Positions 10,856 through 22,308 of a stretch of DNA of 64,000 nucleotides are shown one piece after another. The stretch's first letter is position 1; every line of letters begins with the position of its first letter. Below the pieces are notes generated by a model that was not told the DNA's origin, searched no databases, and saw nothing but the letters and a program-made list of their open reading frames with translations. Origin of the DNA: an uncultured delta proteobacterium (GTDB lineage: Bacteria > Myxococcota_A > UBA9160 > UBA4427); the NCBI GenBank assembly GCA_963822965.1, contig CAWGJT010000005.1:1920001-1984000 (forward strand). Direction: 5' to 3'. Both the position numbers and the translations under genes were made by a program.

Positions 10856-11862
10856 CCGCCACCCCCGACGATCTTCCGCGCGATGCGCTGCAGATAGATG
10901 GCGGCGTCCGAGCCGGCGTCGGTCTCGACGACCGGACGCCGGGCGGCCACGCTCCGCCGCACCGCCTCATCGTGGTTCACGTAGCCCAGATACTCCGCCT
11001 CGATGCCGAAGTACTTGCGGCACACCGAGCAGACCGCGAAGCCGAGCTTCACGTCCTCCGCCGTGCGCACGCCGTTGACCACGATGCGCGGACGGAACGA
11101 GCGCATCGTCTCGACGAAGCGAGCGCCCTCGTCGGGGTCGGTGGACTCGATCTCGCGCAGCAGGTCGATCGGGTTCCGGATGCCGCGTTCGTTGCGCTGG
11201 TCCATCGCCTCCGTGACGAGCCTGCGCACCCCGTGACCGACCATGGCGAGACGCATGCGGCGGTAGAAGGCCGCACGCAGGAACGAGTACGCGTTCTCCA
11301 CCGAGGTGGGCTCCGGCTGCAGGACGATCAGACCCTCGCCGCCCACCAGGAAGTAGTCGAGCACCGAGGAGTGGGTGCCGGCCCCGAGGTCGGCGACCAC
11401 GAAGTCCGCGTCGAGCCTGCGCAGCGCGCGCATGAGGCGCACCCGGCGCAGATGGTTCGGCTGGGCGTCGCCGAGGTGGGCGTGGGTTCCGGCGATCAGC
11501 TGCAGCCCCGGCGCGCCCGTCTCGACGAGCAGCTTGCCGAGGTCGTCCTCCCGCTGGGCGACGAAGTCGGCGAGGCTCTTCGGCGGCGTGGGCACCCCGA
11601 GGCTGGTGTGGAGGTTCGCGCCCTCGAGATCGCAGTCCACCGCGACCACGCGCTTGCCCATGCGCGAGAGCGCCACCGCGAGGTTCGCGGCCACGAAGGT
11701 CTTGCCGACTCCGCCCTTGCCCCCGCCGATCGAGATCACCCGCGCTTCGTGCACGGAGGCCTCGGCGATGGGCCCGGAGGCCGGCGGATTGGATCCCGTG
11801 ATCGTGTTTCCCGATTGTGCCGAAATGGCTCCCCCCCTTCGCCACCCGAACGGACCCCGCAC
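10852..11862 (-). CDS. MinD/FlhG/ParA family ATPase
   Basis: Deviant Walker A GKGGVGKT; VDCDLEGANL, DLGAG and PEPTSVENAY motifs; start uncertain. Confidence 0.9.
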   Translation of the reverse strand: MRGPFGWRRGGAISAQSGNTITGSNPPASGPIAEASVHEARVISIGGGKGGVGKTFVAANLAVALSRMGKRVVAVDCDLEGANLHTSLGVPTPPKSLADFVAQREDDLGKLLVETGAPGLQLIAGTHAHLGDAQPNHLRRVRLMRALRRLDADFVVADLGAGTHSSVLDYFLVGGEGLIVLQPEPTSVENAYSFLRAAFYRRMRLAMVGHGVRRLVTEAMDQRNERGIRNPIDLLREIESTDPDEGARFVETMRSFRPRIVVNGVRTAEDVKLGFAVCSVCRKYFGIEAEYLGYVNHDEAVRRSVAARRPVVETDAGSDAAIYLQRIARKIVGGGG

Positions 11863-11917
11863 GACGCCACGCCGACGAGGCCACCCGCAAGACGCCTCGC
11901 ACGGCGCACGAGCCAGT

Positions 11918-12532
11918 CTACATCGCCAGCTCCCGATCTCGTCGGCGTCCGAGATCCACGGAGGCAGGCTCGTCGATGGCGAGGTACGGACGCCATTCGT
12001 GGTGACGCATGCTGGCGGCGGGCAGGCTCATGAGCGGGGTCCAACGCGGGCGCTTCGGCTTCGCGCGCAGGCGCAGGCCGGCCTGCTCCGGCGTCCGCCC
12101 GCCCTTCATGCGATTGCAGGACACGCAGCAGCAGACGACGTTCTCCCAGGTCGTGCGTCCCTTCTGGGTGCGCGGAACGACGTGGTCGAGGTTGAGCTGC
12201 GCGCGCGGCGGGCGCTCTCCGCAGTACTGACAGGTGAAGCCGTCACGGGAGAAGATGTTGCTGCGCGAGAAGCGGACCATGCGCTTGGGAATCCGGTCGT
12301 AGAGCATCAGGACGATCACACGCGGTATTGGCACCGGACCCGAGGTGGTGCCGATGCACTCGAGCCCCGGGGCTCCCACCTGGGCTCGCCAGCTGTCGAA
12401 GTCGAAGGTCTCGTAGCGGTCGTTCACGATCCGGGCACCGCCCTGGTAGACGAGGGAAAAAGAGCGCTTGACCGACGTGACGTGAATCGGCAGGAAGGAT
12501 CGATTCAGGACCAGAACGCTGGAGTTCAACAT
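11918..12532 (-). CDS. HNH endonuclease (McrA-like, Zn-binding)
   Basis: VLVLN N-terminus; RDGFTCQYCG, DHVVP and WENVVCCCVSCNRMK motifs. Confidence 0.92.
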   Translation of the reverse strand: MLNSSVLVLNRSFLPIHVTSVKRSFSLVYQGGARIVNDRYETFDFDSWRAQVGAPGLECIGTTSGPVPIPRVIVLMLYDRIPKRMVRFSRSNIFSRDGFTCQYCGERPPRAQLNLDHVVPRTQKGRTTWENVVCCCVSCNRMKGGRTPEQAGLRLRAKPKRPRWTPLMSLPAASMRHHEWRPYLAIDEPASVDLGRRRDRELAM

Positions 12533-12547
12533 CTTCGAGCGGCTGCG

Positions 12548-12576
12548 AAGTTACACAACGAAATCAAGGGGTTCAA
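12548..12576 (-). promoter_or_regulatory. Candidate sigma70 promoter for the HNH gene (TTGAAC-N17-TAACTT)
   Basis: AT-rich patch with two hexamers 17 nt apart on the minus strand, just upstream of ATG 12532. Confidence 0.45.
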
Positions 12577-14036
12577 CGCGCCGGGCGGGGCGCCGGCCCG
12601 ATCCCTTCGGCCACCGCCGCTTCGATCCTCGCGGCGTCGCCGTCGTCGAGGGTGCGCGCGTCGAACAGCACCGCGTCGTCGCGCACGCGGGTGAGCACCG
12701 GGGTCGCGGCGGACCGCAGGGCCGCCGCCGTCCGCGCCGCTCCGGCCGTCGGGCGCAGCACCACCACCCAGGTCTCGAGCTCGAAGCCCGGCAGCGAGCC
12801 GCCACCCACGGGCGCCCGGTCCGGCTCGACGTCCACCCGGGCTTCGTCCTTGCAGAGCTCCTTCAAGCGCCCCGCCAGGGCCCGGGCCCGGGCCTCCAGC
12901 ACCTCCACGGGCTCGAGCAGCGCGCGCAGCACGGGAACCTCGCGCTCCGCTCGCCCCTCCAGGTGGGCGGTGAGGGTCCAGTCGAGGGCCGCGAGGCTCA
13001 TCTTGTCGAGGCGGAGGGCACGCGCCAGGGGATTGTGGCGCATCGCGTCGACGGCCTTGCGGGTGCCGAGGAGGATGCCGGCCTGGGGCCCGCCGAGCAG
13101 CTTGTCGCCCGAGAAGCAGACCACGTCCACGCCGGTGGCGACCCGTGACGGCGCATGGGACTCGGGCGGAAGGCCACGCGCCGTGAGGTCGAGGAGCGTT
13201 CCGCTCCCCAGGTCCTCCATCACGGGCAGCTCGTGACGCCGACCCAACGCCACCAGGTCCGGGAGCCCCACCTCCGTCACGAATCCCGATTGGCTGAAGT
13301 TGCTGCGGTGCACCTTCAGCAGCAGGGCCGTGTCCGGACCGATGGCGCCCTCGTAGTCCCCCAGGTGGGTGCGGTTGGTGGTTCCCACCTCGACGAGCCG
13401 CACGCCGGCTCGCTCCATGATGTCGGGCACCCGGAAGGAGCCTCCGATCTCCACCAGCTCGCCCCGGGAGACGATCACCTCTCGGCCCCGCGCCAGGCTG
13501 TCCAGCGCGAGCATCACCGCGGCCGCGTTGTTGTTGCACGCGTAGGCGGCCTCGGCCCCGGAGAGCTCCACGAGCTTGGCCTCGAGCGGACCCAGCCGGC
13601 TGCCCCGACGCCCCGTCTCGAGGTCGAGCTCGAGGCTCGAGTAGCCGGCGGCGGTCTCCCGCACGGCCTCGGCGGCGCCGGCGGCCAGGGGGGCGCGGCC
13701 CAGGTTCGTGTGCAGGACCACGCCGGTCGCGTTCACCACCGCGCGGGGATGCCGGCGGCAGAGCTGCTCGGCCAGGTGGGCGGTGCGCGCCTCCCAGTCC
13801 GAGTCGGAAGCGGGAGCCGGCTCCGGTCCTGGACCAACCCGGGGGGAGGCCGCCGGCGCGCCCTCCAGCCTGCGGGTCAGCTCGTCGCGGGCCTCCGCAA
13901 CCACCCGGCGAGCGGCCTCGGTGACCGCCCAGCCCGGCAGCTCGGGCCGGCTGTGGGACAGTGACCCAGCCAGCCTGGACACGGAAGGAAGTGCCCGCCG
14001 GGGGTCCGGGTTGACGTTGCTCCGGGAATCCACCAT
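12573..14036 (-). CDS. selA: L-seryl-tRNA(Sec) selenium transferase
   Basis: NATGVVLHTNLGRA, SRGELVEIGGSFR, EVGTTNRT and FSGDKLLGGPQAG motifs. Confidence 0.97.
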   Translation of the reverse strand: MVDSRSNVNPDPRRALPSVSRLAGSLSHSRPELPGWAVTEAARRVVAEARDELTRRLEGAPAASPRVGPGPEPAPASDSDWEARTAHLAEQLCRRHPRAVVNATGVVLHTNLGRAPLAAGAAEAVRETAAGYSSLELDLETGRRGSRLGPLEAKLVELSGAEAAYACNNNAAAVMLALDSLARGREVIVSRGELVEIGGSFRVPDIMERAGVRLVEVGTTNRTHLGDYEGAIGPDTALLLKVHRSNFSQSGFVTEVGLPDLVALGRRHELPVMEDLGSGTLLDLTARGLPPESHAPSRVATGVDVVCFSGDKLLGGPQAGILLGTRKAVDAMRHNPLARALRLDKMSLAALDWTLTAHLEGRAEREVPVLRALLEPVEVLEARARALAGRLKELCKDEARVDVEPDRAPVGGGSLPGFELETWVVVLRPTAGAARTAAALRSAATPVLTRVRDDAVLFDARTLDDGDAARIEAAVAEGIGPAPRPAR

Positions 14037-14253
14037 CGTCCCGTGAGTTTAAGGCGGTCTGGCTGGGTCGCCTCCCGAGGTGGAAATCCCTCACTGGATC
14101 GAGTCGCTACGACGCTCCAGGGAAGGGCTTTTCCGAGTCGAGTCGGTAGTCGGGATGGTCGGAGAGATGGACGGCGGCGGGGTGCTGCTGGGGCTCTTCG
14201 AGTCGCGACGTAGAGCCAGACCGTGAAGTCGGTTCGAGCCATTCGAGTCAAAC

Positions 14254-14292
14254 TGAGTCGCCTTGCAGGTCGAATGAGTCGGCTTGCAGGTC
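14254..14292. repeat. 18-bp direct repeat TGAGTCGSCTTGCAGGTC x2 inside a GAGTC-rich tract
   Basis: Copies at 14254-14271 and 14275-14292 differ at one position. Confidence 0.85.
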
Positions 14293-14397
14293 TCTTCCTG
14301 AAATCTCTTGGACGAGATGGGTTTTCCTGTGCGAGTCGCGTTCGAGGTTTCGGAGCTGCACGTCGGGCTTCGAGAACGAGAAAGAGTCTCCGTCCTG

Positions 14398-14463
14398 CCG
14401 CTGCGACACTTCGCAGCGGATTCCCGTTGATCACCCCGCCACCGCCGCGCGAAACCGCGGCGG
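14398..14463 (+). promoter_or_regulatory. Two perfect stem-loops in the putative 5' UTR of the RNase E/G gene
   Basis: CCGCTGCGA-cact-TCGCAGCGG (14398-14419) and CCGCCGCG-cgaaac-CGCGGCGG (14442-14463). Confidence 0.5.
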
Positions 14464-14597
14464 ACGACCCTTCCTGATACCCGACACGGCTCGCCAGCGC
14501 CGGAGGCGCCGGAACGAGATCGAGGCACGTGCCCCGGGGCCACACCGGCCCGGGCCTGGGTGTCCTTCTCCGCCCTGACCTCTGCAGCAGGTCGTCG

Positions 14598-16691
14598 ATG
14601 CAGAACGAGATCATCATCAATGCGGAGCGCGGGGAGACCCGCGTCGCCGTGCTGGAACGCTCCGTCTTCACGGAGCTGCACATCGAGCGGGCCCAGGAGA
14701 AGAGCGTCGTCGGGTCGGTCGTGAAGGGTCGCGTCAGCCGGGTCCTTCCGGGCATGCAGGCCGCCTTCGTGGACATCGGACTCGACAAGGCCGCCTTCCT
14801 CTACGCGGGCGACTACTTTGCGAACGGGTTCACAGAAGAGACCGGCGAGGAAGGCGCCGTTCCCACCAAGCCCCCGAATCGCAGTCGCCGGGGCTCGCGC
14901 CAGCCTCCCCGCATCGACACGCTGCTCAAGGAAGACCAGGAGATCGTGGTCCAGATCGCCAAGCAGCCCATCGGCACCAAGGGCGCCCGCATCATCTCCC
15001 ACATCTCGATCCCGGGCCGGCACCTGGTGCTGACGCCCTGGAGCCGGCGAGTGGGCGTGTCTCGTCGCATCGAGTCCGACAAGGAGCGGAAGCGGCTGCG
15101 CGAGATCGTGGAGCGTCTCCGCCCCCAGGACCTGGGCTTCATCATCCGAACGGCGGGAGAAGGCATTCGCGAGGCCGATCTCGAGGCCGACATCCGGTAC
15201 CTGTCGTCGGTGTGGGAGAACATCCAGACCCGCAACGGCCGCTCCCACGCCCCGGCGGTGCTGCACTCCGAGCCCGACCTGGCGCTGCGCATGATCCGCG
15301 ACCACGCCAACGCCGAGACCAAGCGCATCGTGGTGGACGACCCGGCGTGCCACCAGATGATCCACTCCTTCGTGGATCGCTACGTGGCTGACCCACGTCC
15401 CCGCATCGAGCACTACACGGGCCGGGAGCCCGTCTTCGAGGCCTTCAGCCTCGAGAGCCAGATCCACGCGAACCTCGGCCGGAAGGTGTTCCTGAAGTCC
15501 GGCGGCTCGCTCGTCTTCGACCAGAGCGAGGCGCTCACGGCGATCGACGTCAACACCGGCCGCTACGTGGGCAAGCGCGACCTCGAGGAGACGGTCTTCA
15601 AGACGAACCTCGAGGCCGTCAAGGAGGTGGTCTACCAGATCCGCTTCCGCAACATCGGCGGCCTGATCATCATCGACCTCATCGACATGGAGTCGGCCGA
15701 TCACCGGGACAAGGTGTACCGGGCGCTGCGCGAGGCGCTGCGGGCCGACAAGGCGCGCACCAACATCCTGAAGATCTCCGAGCTCGGCCTCGTGGAGATG
15801 ACCCGCAAGCGCACCCGCGAGAACCTCGTCCAGACCCTGTGCGAGCCCTGCGCGTACTGCGAGGGCAAGGGCTACGTGCTCTCCAGCCAGAGCGTGGCCT
15901 ACCGGGTGATGCGGGAGATCCGCAGCGACCTGCCCCGCTTCTGCGGCCGGCGCGTGGCGCTCACCGTGGCTCCGTCGGTGGCCGAGGAGCTGCTGCGGGG
16001 CGGGGCGTCCCTGCTGGGCGAGCTGGGCGAGGAGGCCGGCCGGGAGATCGAGGTGCGGGCGCGGCCCGGCATGCACCAGGAGCAGTTCGAGGTGATCGCC
16101 CTCGACGAGGGCCCCCCGGTGGAGGTGTCCCTGCGCTGGCTCGACGGCAGCGCCGAGGCGGCCGACGAGGAGGAAGGTGCCAGCGCGGGCGAAGAGGAGG
16201 GCGACGGCCAGCGGGGCGGTCGCTCCCGCCGGCGCAAGCGCGGCGGTCGCAAGCGCGGCGGCGCCGGAGGCGGCGCGGACCTCGAGGGCGAGACCGAGAC
16301 GACGGCCGCCCCGGAGGGCGACTCCGACCGGGAGGACGCCTCGCCCTCGGTGGAGGCGGCGGCGGCCGCCGGCTCGCTGCCCGCGGCCCTGCTGGCGGCT
16401 CCGGAAGCGGTTGACGCGCAAGAGGAATCGCGGATACTCCCGCCCTCTCTGGAAGGGCGCCTGGAAGCGCGGTCCGAGGGCCTCCTGCCCGCCGCACCCC
16501 AGGATCCCGACGCCGTGGACGCCGGGAAGGACGTCTCGAGCGACTCCCGGGCCGCAGCGGAAGCGGCGGAGGCCACGGAGAAGGACGAGGTCCCGGTCGC
16601 CGACGAAGACTCCGCGGGCGTGGACACCTCGCACCCAGTCTCGCAGCAGGAAGCCACGACCCTGCCGCACGAAGAAGAGAGGGATCGTTGA
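14598..16691 (+). CDS. Rne/Rng family ribonuclease with a disordered acidic/Arg-patch C-terminal tail
   Basis: GRVSRVLPGMQAAFVDIG, AIDVNTG, GGLIIIDLIDM and CxxC Zn-link motifs; ~200-aa low-complexity tail. Confidence 0.95.
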   Translation: MQNEIIINAERGETRVAVLERSVFTELHIERAQEKSVVGSVVKGRVSRVLPGMQAAFVDIGLDKAAFLYAGDYFANGFTEETGEEGAVPTKPPNRSRRGSRQPPRIDTLLKEDQEIVVQIAKQPIGTKGARIISHISIPGRHLVLTPWSRRVGVSRRIESDKERKRLREIVERLRPQDLGFIIRTAGEGIREADLEADIRYLSSVWENIQTRNGRSHAPAVLHSEPDLALRMIRDHANAETKRIVVDDPACHQMIHSFVDRYVADPRPRIEHYTGREPVFEAFSLESQIHANLGRKVFLKSGGSLVFDQSEALTAIDVNTGRYVGKRDLEETVFKTNLEAVKEVVYQIRFRNIGGLIIIDLIDMESADHRDKVYRALREALRADKARTNILKISELGLVEMTRKRTRENLVQTLCEPCAYCEGKGYVLSSQSVAYRVMREIRSDLPRFCGRRVALTVAPSVAEELLRGGASLLGELGEEAGREIEVRARPGMHQEQFEVIALDEGPPVEVSLRWLDGSAEAADEEEGASAGEEEGDGQRGGRSRRRKRGGRKRGGAGGGADLEGETETTAAPEGDSDREDASPSVEAAAAAGSLPAALLAAPEAVDAQEESRILPPSLEGRLEARSEGLLPAAPQDPDAVDAGKDVSSDSRAAAEAAEATEKDEVPVADEDSAGVDTSHPVSQQEATTLPHEEERDR

Positions 16692-17002
16692 TGTACGCGG
16701 TGGTGCGCACGGGCGGCAAGCAGGTCCGGATGCAGCCGGGCGAATCGGTGCGGGTCGAGAAGCTCGCCGGCGGCGTCGGCGACACGATCGAGCTCGCCGA
16801 CGTCCTGCTCGTCGGAGGCGAGGATTCCCTCAAGGTCGGTACGCCGGTCGTCGCAGGAGCCAAGGTGGTGGGAACCATCACCGCCCAGGGCCGCGGTCCG
16901 AAGATCACGGTCTTCAAGATGAAGCGGCGGAAGGGCTACCACCGCAAGCAGGGACACCGCCAGGACTACACCGAGATCCTGGTCGACCGCATCGAGGACT
17001 GA
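16691..17002 (+). CDS. rplU: 50S ribosomal protein L21
   Basis: [11 protein letters not shown]...[14 protein letters not shown]. Confidence 0.98.
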   Translation: MYAVVRTGGKQVRMQPGESVRVEKLAGGVGDTIELADVLLVGGEDSLKVGTPVVAGAKVVGTITAQGRGPKITVFKMKRRKGYHRKQGHRQDYTEILVDRIED

Positions 17003-17012
17003 GGGCAAAGCG

Positions 17013-18460
<1,448 letters not shown>

Positions 18461-18464
<4 letters not shown>

Positions 18465-19633
18465 GACCCCGCATCGAGAACACGGGAGATCCGGAGCTCG
18501 CCGCGAAGATCCTGAAGGACGCGCAGCGGATCGTCGTGAAGGTGGGCTCGAGCACCCTGACCCGAAGCGGCGAGCTACGGCCCCGCAAGTTCACCGATCT
18601 CGCGGTGCAGATCGCGAAGCTCGTCGAGCAGGGACGGCAGGTGGTGCTCGTCTCCTCCGGCGCGATCGCCGTCGGCACCCGCCGGCTCGACTGGACCAAG
18701 CCGGGACGATCGATCCCCGCCATGCAGGCGGCCGCGGCCGTCGGACAGATCGGCCTCGTCGAGCTCTACCAGCGCCGCTTCGGCCGACTGGGAATCCAGG
18801 TCGCCCAGATCCTGCTCACCCGCGCCGGGCTCGAGGATCGCGAGCGCTTCCTCAACGCGCGCCACACGATCCACGAGCTGCTGCGGCTCGGCGTCGTGCC
18901 CATCGTGAACGAGAACGACACGGTGGCCACCGAGGAAATCCGCTTCGGCGACAACGACAACCTGTCGGCGCAGATCGTGAACGTCGTCGGCGCCGACCTG
19001 CTGGTGATCCTCACCGACGTGGATGGTCTGCACGTCGAGCGGCCGGTGGCCGGCCGGCCGAAGCCCCCGCTCTACGGGGTGATCGAAGCGATCACCACCG
19101 AGATCGAGGGCGCCGCCATGGGATCCGCGAGCGCCTTCGGACGCGGCGGCATGATCACGAAGCTCGAGGCAGCCCGATCGGCGGCGCGATCCGGCGCGGC
19201 GACGGTGCTGTGCAACGGCGGCCCGCGCGACGTGCTGCTCCGCCTGGCGGCCGGCGAGCTCGTCGGAACCCTGGTCCTGCCCGGTCCGCGGCTCGCGAGC
19301 AAGAAGCACTGGCTCGCCTACACGTCGCGCACACGGGGCGAGCTCCTGATCGACGACGGCGCGGCGAAGGCGCTGGCGGTGCGGGGCCGCAGCCTGCTGC
19401 CCGCCGGCATCGTGGCGGTGCGCGGCCGCTTCCGCATCGGTGACGCGGTCTCCTGCCTCGACCCGGCCGGACGGGAGCTGGCGCGGGGCCTGACCGCCTA
19501 CGCGTCCGACGAGATCGATCGCATCAAGGGGCTGGCGACCGGCAAGATCTCCACGGTGCTGGGCTACTCGAACGGCGACGAGGTGATCCACCGCGACGAC
19601 CTGGTCGTGCTGGATGGGCCCGACCGTGGCTGA
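18461..19633 (+). CDS. proB: Glutamate 5-kinase with PUA domain
   Basis: [27 protein letters not shown] and GGMITK motifs; GTGA overlap with obgE. Confidence 0.96.
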
Positions 19634-20327
19634 AGCCCGGGGACCGGACGTCGGGATCTACGGGGGAACCTTCAACCCCGTCCACCTGGGACACCTGCGC
19701 GCCGCCGAAGAGGTGACGGAGCAGCTCGGCCTCGCGCGCATGGTCTTCGTGCCCAGCGCGCGACCGCCCCACAAGCAGGCGGACGAGAACGACCCCATCG
19801 CCCCGGCCGACCAGCGGCTGGCCTGGCTGGAGGCCGCGGTCGCCGACAATCCCCACTTCGAGGTCGACCGGATCGAGGTCGAGCGGGCGGGGCCCAGCTA
19901 CCTGGTGGACACCCTGCGAGCCCTGGTGCAGAAGCTGGCCCCCGCCCGGCCGGTCTTCACCCTGGGGTGCGACGCCTTCCGCGAGATGGAGACCTGGCGC
20001 GAGCCCGCAACCCTCCTCACCCTGGCGAGCTTCGCGGTCACCACCCGTCCGCCCCGGCAGCAGGGAGCCCTGGCCGAGTGGTTCCCGGCGGGGCTCCGGG
20101 CCGACTTCGAGCTGGCTCCAGACGGCCTCTCGGCCCGCCACAAGCAGGTGGGCACCTGGGTCCGCGGGGTCGAGATCACGGCCCTCGACATTTCTGCGTC
20201 ATCCATTCGCCGCCGGATTCGCGAGGGGGCTTCCGTTCGCTACCTCTTGCCGGAGGCGATCCACGACGCGGTCGTCTCGAGCGGGTGCTACGCGGCGCGC
20301 GCCGCCACGAAACGGAGGGCCCCCTGA
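19626..20327 (+). CDS. nadD: Nicotinate-nucleotide adenylyltransferase
   Basis: GGTFNPVHLGH, PPHK and ISASSIR motifs. Confidence 0.96.
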   Translation: MAEARGPDVGIYGGTFNPVHLGHLRAAEEVTEQLGLARMVFVPSARPPHKQADENDPIAPADQRLAWLEAAVADNPHFEVDRIEVERAGPSYLVDTLRALVQKLAPARPVFTLGCDAFREMETWREPATLLTLASFAVTTRPPRQQGALAEWFPAGLRADFELAPDGLSARHKQVGTWVRGVEITALDISASSIRRRIREGASVRYLLPEAIHDAVVSSGCYAARAATKRRAP

Positions 20328-20770
20328 GCCAGTCGAAACCGCAACGCGCTGATCTTGCCAAGGCCGCCCACGTCCTCGAGGCGGCCCTCGAACGGAACGC
20401 CCAGCTGCCGGTGGTGCTGGACGTCCACCAGGTGACCTCCTTCGCGGACGTGTTCGTGCTGCTCTCGGGCCGCTCGGATCGGCAGGTCCGCGCCATCGCC
20501 GAGGCGATCGTCGAGCGCCTGCGCCGGGAGGGCGACGAGCCGCTCGGCATCGAGGGCATGGAGGAGGGGCGCTGGGTGCTCATCGATTGCAACGACGTGA
20601 TCGTCCACGTCTTCGAGCCGGAGATGCGCGACCTCTACGCGCTCGAGCGGCTCTGGAGCGACGCGGAGAGCGTCGATCTGCTGGAGCTCGGCCTGCCCGC
20701 CGAAGCCCTCGAGGCGGCCGGCACCGACGCAAGCGGCGCGCGCGCGGTCGGTGAGGAGACCCGACGGTGA
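20324..20770 (+). CDS. rsfS: Ribosome silencing factor
   Basis: SDRQVRAIA and WVLIDCNDVIVHVF...YALERLWSD motifs; follows nadD; start inferred at CTG 20324. Confidence 0.92.
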   Translation: MSQSKPQRADLAKAAHVLEAALERNAQLPVVLDVHQVTSFADVFVLLSGRSDRQVRAIAEAIVERLRREGDEPLGIEGMEEGRWVLIDCNDVIVHVFEPEMRDLYALERLWSDAESVDLLELGLPAEALEAAGTDASGARAVGEETRR

Positions 20771-22308
20771 CGGCACCGGTGGTGCTCGTGGTGCTCGATG
20801 GCTACGGGATCGGAGACGGCGGGCCCTCCGATGCGACGCGGGTGGCGCATGCGCCCTTCCTGCATCACGCGGCCGGCCGCTATCCCCACGCCCGCATCGA
20901 GACCTCCGGCGAAGCCGTCGGGCTGCCCGAAGGCCAGATGGGCAACTCCGAGGTCGGGCACATGACGATGGGCGCCGGCCGGGTGATCGAGCAGGACCTC
21001 ACGCGCATCAGCCAGGCCCTGCAGCAGGCGCCCGCCGAGGAGCAGCTTCCGATCCGGGAGCTCTTCGACGCGGTTCGCGCGAAGGGGGGCACCCTCCACC
21101 TGATGGGGCTCGTCTCCGACGGCGGTGTGCACAGCCACGTCGATCACCTGCGCGCCCTGCTGGCCGCGGCGGCACGCGCGAAGGTGTCCACCGCGGTGCA
21201 CGCATTCCTCGACGGCCGGGACACGCCGCCGCGCTCGGGGCTCCGCTTCGTGAAGGCGCTACTTCCCGAGGTCGAAGCCTGCGGATCGCAGATCGCGACG
21301 GTGATGGGTCGCTACTACGCGATGGACCGCGACAACCGCTGGGACCGGATCGGCCGGGCCTACCACGCCATCGTGTGCCGCGACGGCGAGCACGCACCCG
21401 ACGCCGTGTCCGCCATCGAGACCTCCTACGCCCGGGATGAGACCGACGAGTTCATGCGACCCGCCGTCATCGCGGGGGGCCGGGCACTCCAGGACGGCGA
21501 CGGCGTCTTCTTCTTCAACTTCCGCGCCGACCGCGCGCGCGAGCTCACGAACGCCCTCACCGGGGCGCGCGCCGATCGCTTCGCGGGGGAGCTCGAGCGC
21601 CGCAAGGTGGTCGACCTGTCGGGCTTCCTGTGCATGACCGAGTACGACGCGGCCTTCGGCCTGCCGGTCGCCTTCCCGCCGGAGCGGCCGCGCGAGCTGC
21701 TGGGCGAGATCGTCTCCCGGGCCGGTCTCGCGCAGCTCCGCATGGCCGAGACGGAGAAGTACGCGCACGTGACGTTCTTCTTCAACAGCGGCGGCGAGGA
21801 GCCGTTCCCCGACGAGGATCGCGTGCTCATCCCCTCTCCCCGGGACGTCGCCACCTACGACCACCGCCCGGAGATGAGCGCCCTCCAGGTGACCGAGACC
21901 CTGGTGGAGCGGATCGAGACGGGGGACTACGCGTTCGTCCTGGTCAACTACGCCAACCCCGACATGGTCGGTCACACCGGCGTGATGGACGCCGCAGTGA
22001 AGGCCGTCGAGACCATCGACCACTGCCTCGAACGCGTCGCCGAGGTCGTCCTGGAGCGCGGGGGGCAGATGCTCATCACCGCCGACCACGGCAACTGCGA
22101 GCTGATGGTGGACCCCGAGACGGGCGAGCCGCACACCGCGCACACGACGAATCCCGTTCCCATCTACTGGATCACGCGGGACGCCGCCGGGCGCGGGCTG
22201 CGCGACGGCACCCTGGCGGATCTCGCCCCGACGGTTCTCGAGCTGCTCGGGCTCGACGTTCCGAAGGAGATGACGGGGCACTCGCTGATCGCACCGGACG
22301 GCGCCTGA
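20767..22308 (+). CDS. gpmI: 2,3-bisphosphoglycerate-independent phosphoglycerate mutase
   Basis: LDGYG, GQMGNSEVGH, ETEKYAHVTFF, NPDMVGHTG and TADHGN motifs. Confidence 0.98.
   Translation: MTAPVVLVVLDGYGIGDGGPSDATRVAHAPFLHHAAGRYPHARIETSGEAVGLPEGQMGNSEVGHMTMGAGRVIEQDLTRISQALQQAPAEEQLPIRELFDAVRAKGGTLHLMGLVSDGGVHSHVDHLRALLAAAARAKVSTAVHAFLDGRDTPPRSGLRFVKALLPEVEACGSQIATVMGRYYAMDRDNRWDRIGRAYHAIVCRDGEHAPDAVSAIETSYARDETDEFMRPAVIAGGRALQDGDGVFFFNFRADRARELTNALTGARADRFAGELERRKVVDLSGFLCMTEYDAAFGLPVAFPPERPRELLGEIVSRAGLAQLRMAETEKYAHVTFFFNSGGEEPFPDEDRVLIPSPRDVATYDHRPEMSALQVTETLVERIETGDYAFVLVNYANPDMVGHTGVMDAAVKAVETIDHCLERVAEVVLERGGQMLITADHGNCELMVDPETGEPHTAHTTNPVPIYWITRDAAGRGLRDGTLADLAPTVLELLGLDVPKEMTGHSLIAPDGA

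Noticed and set aside
11918..12532. HNH gene as a mobile or defence element
   Set aside because: No methyltransferase, repeats, intron or compositional shift; it sits in housekeeping context with host-like codon usage
14037..14597. tRNA-Sec, RNase P RNA or another known RNA next to selA
   Set aside because: No UCA anticodon arm, T-loop or rnpB signature could be recognised by eye; a covariance-model search would be needed to exclude it fully
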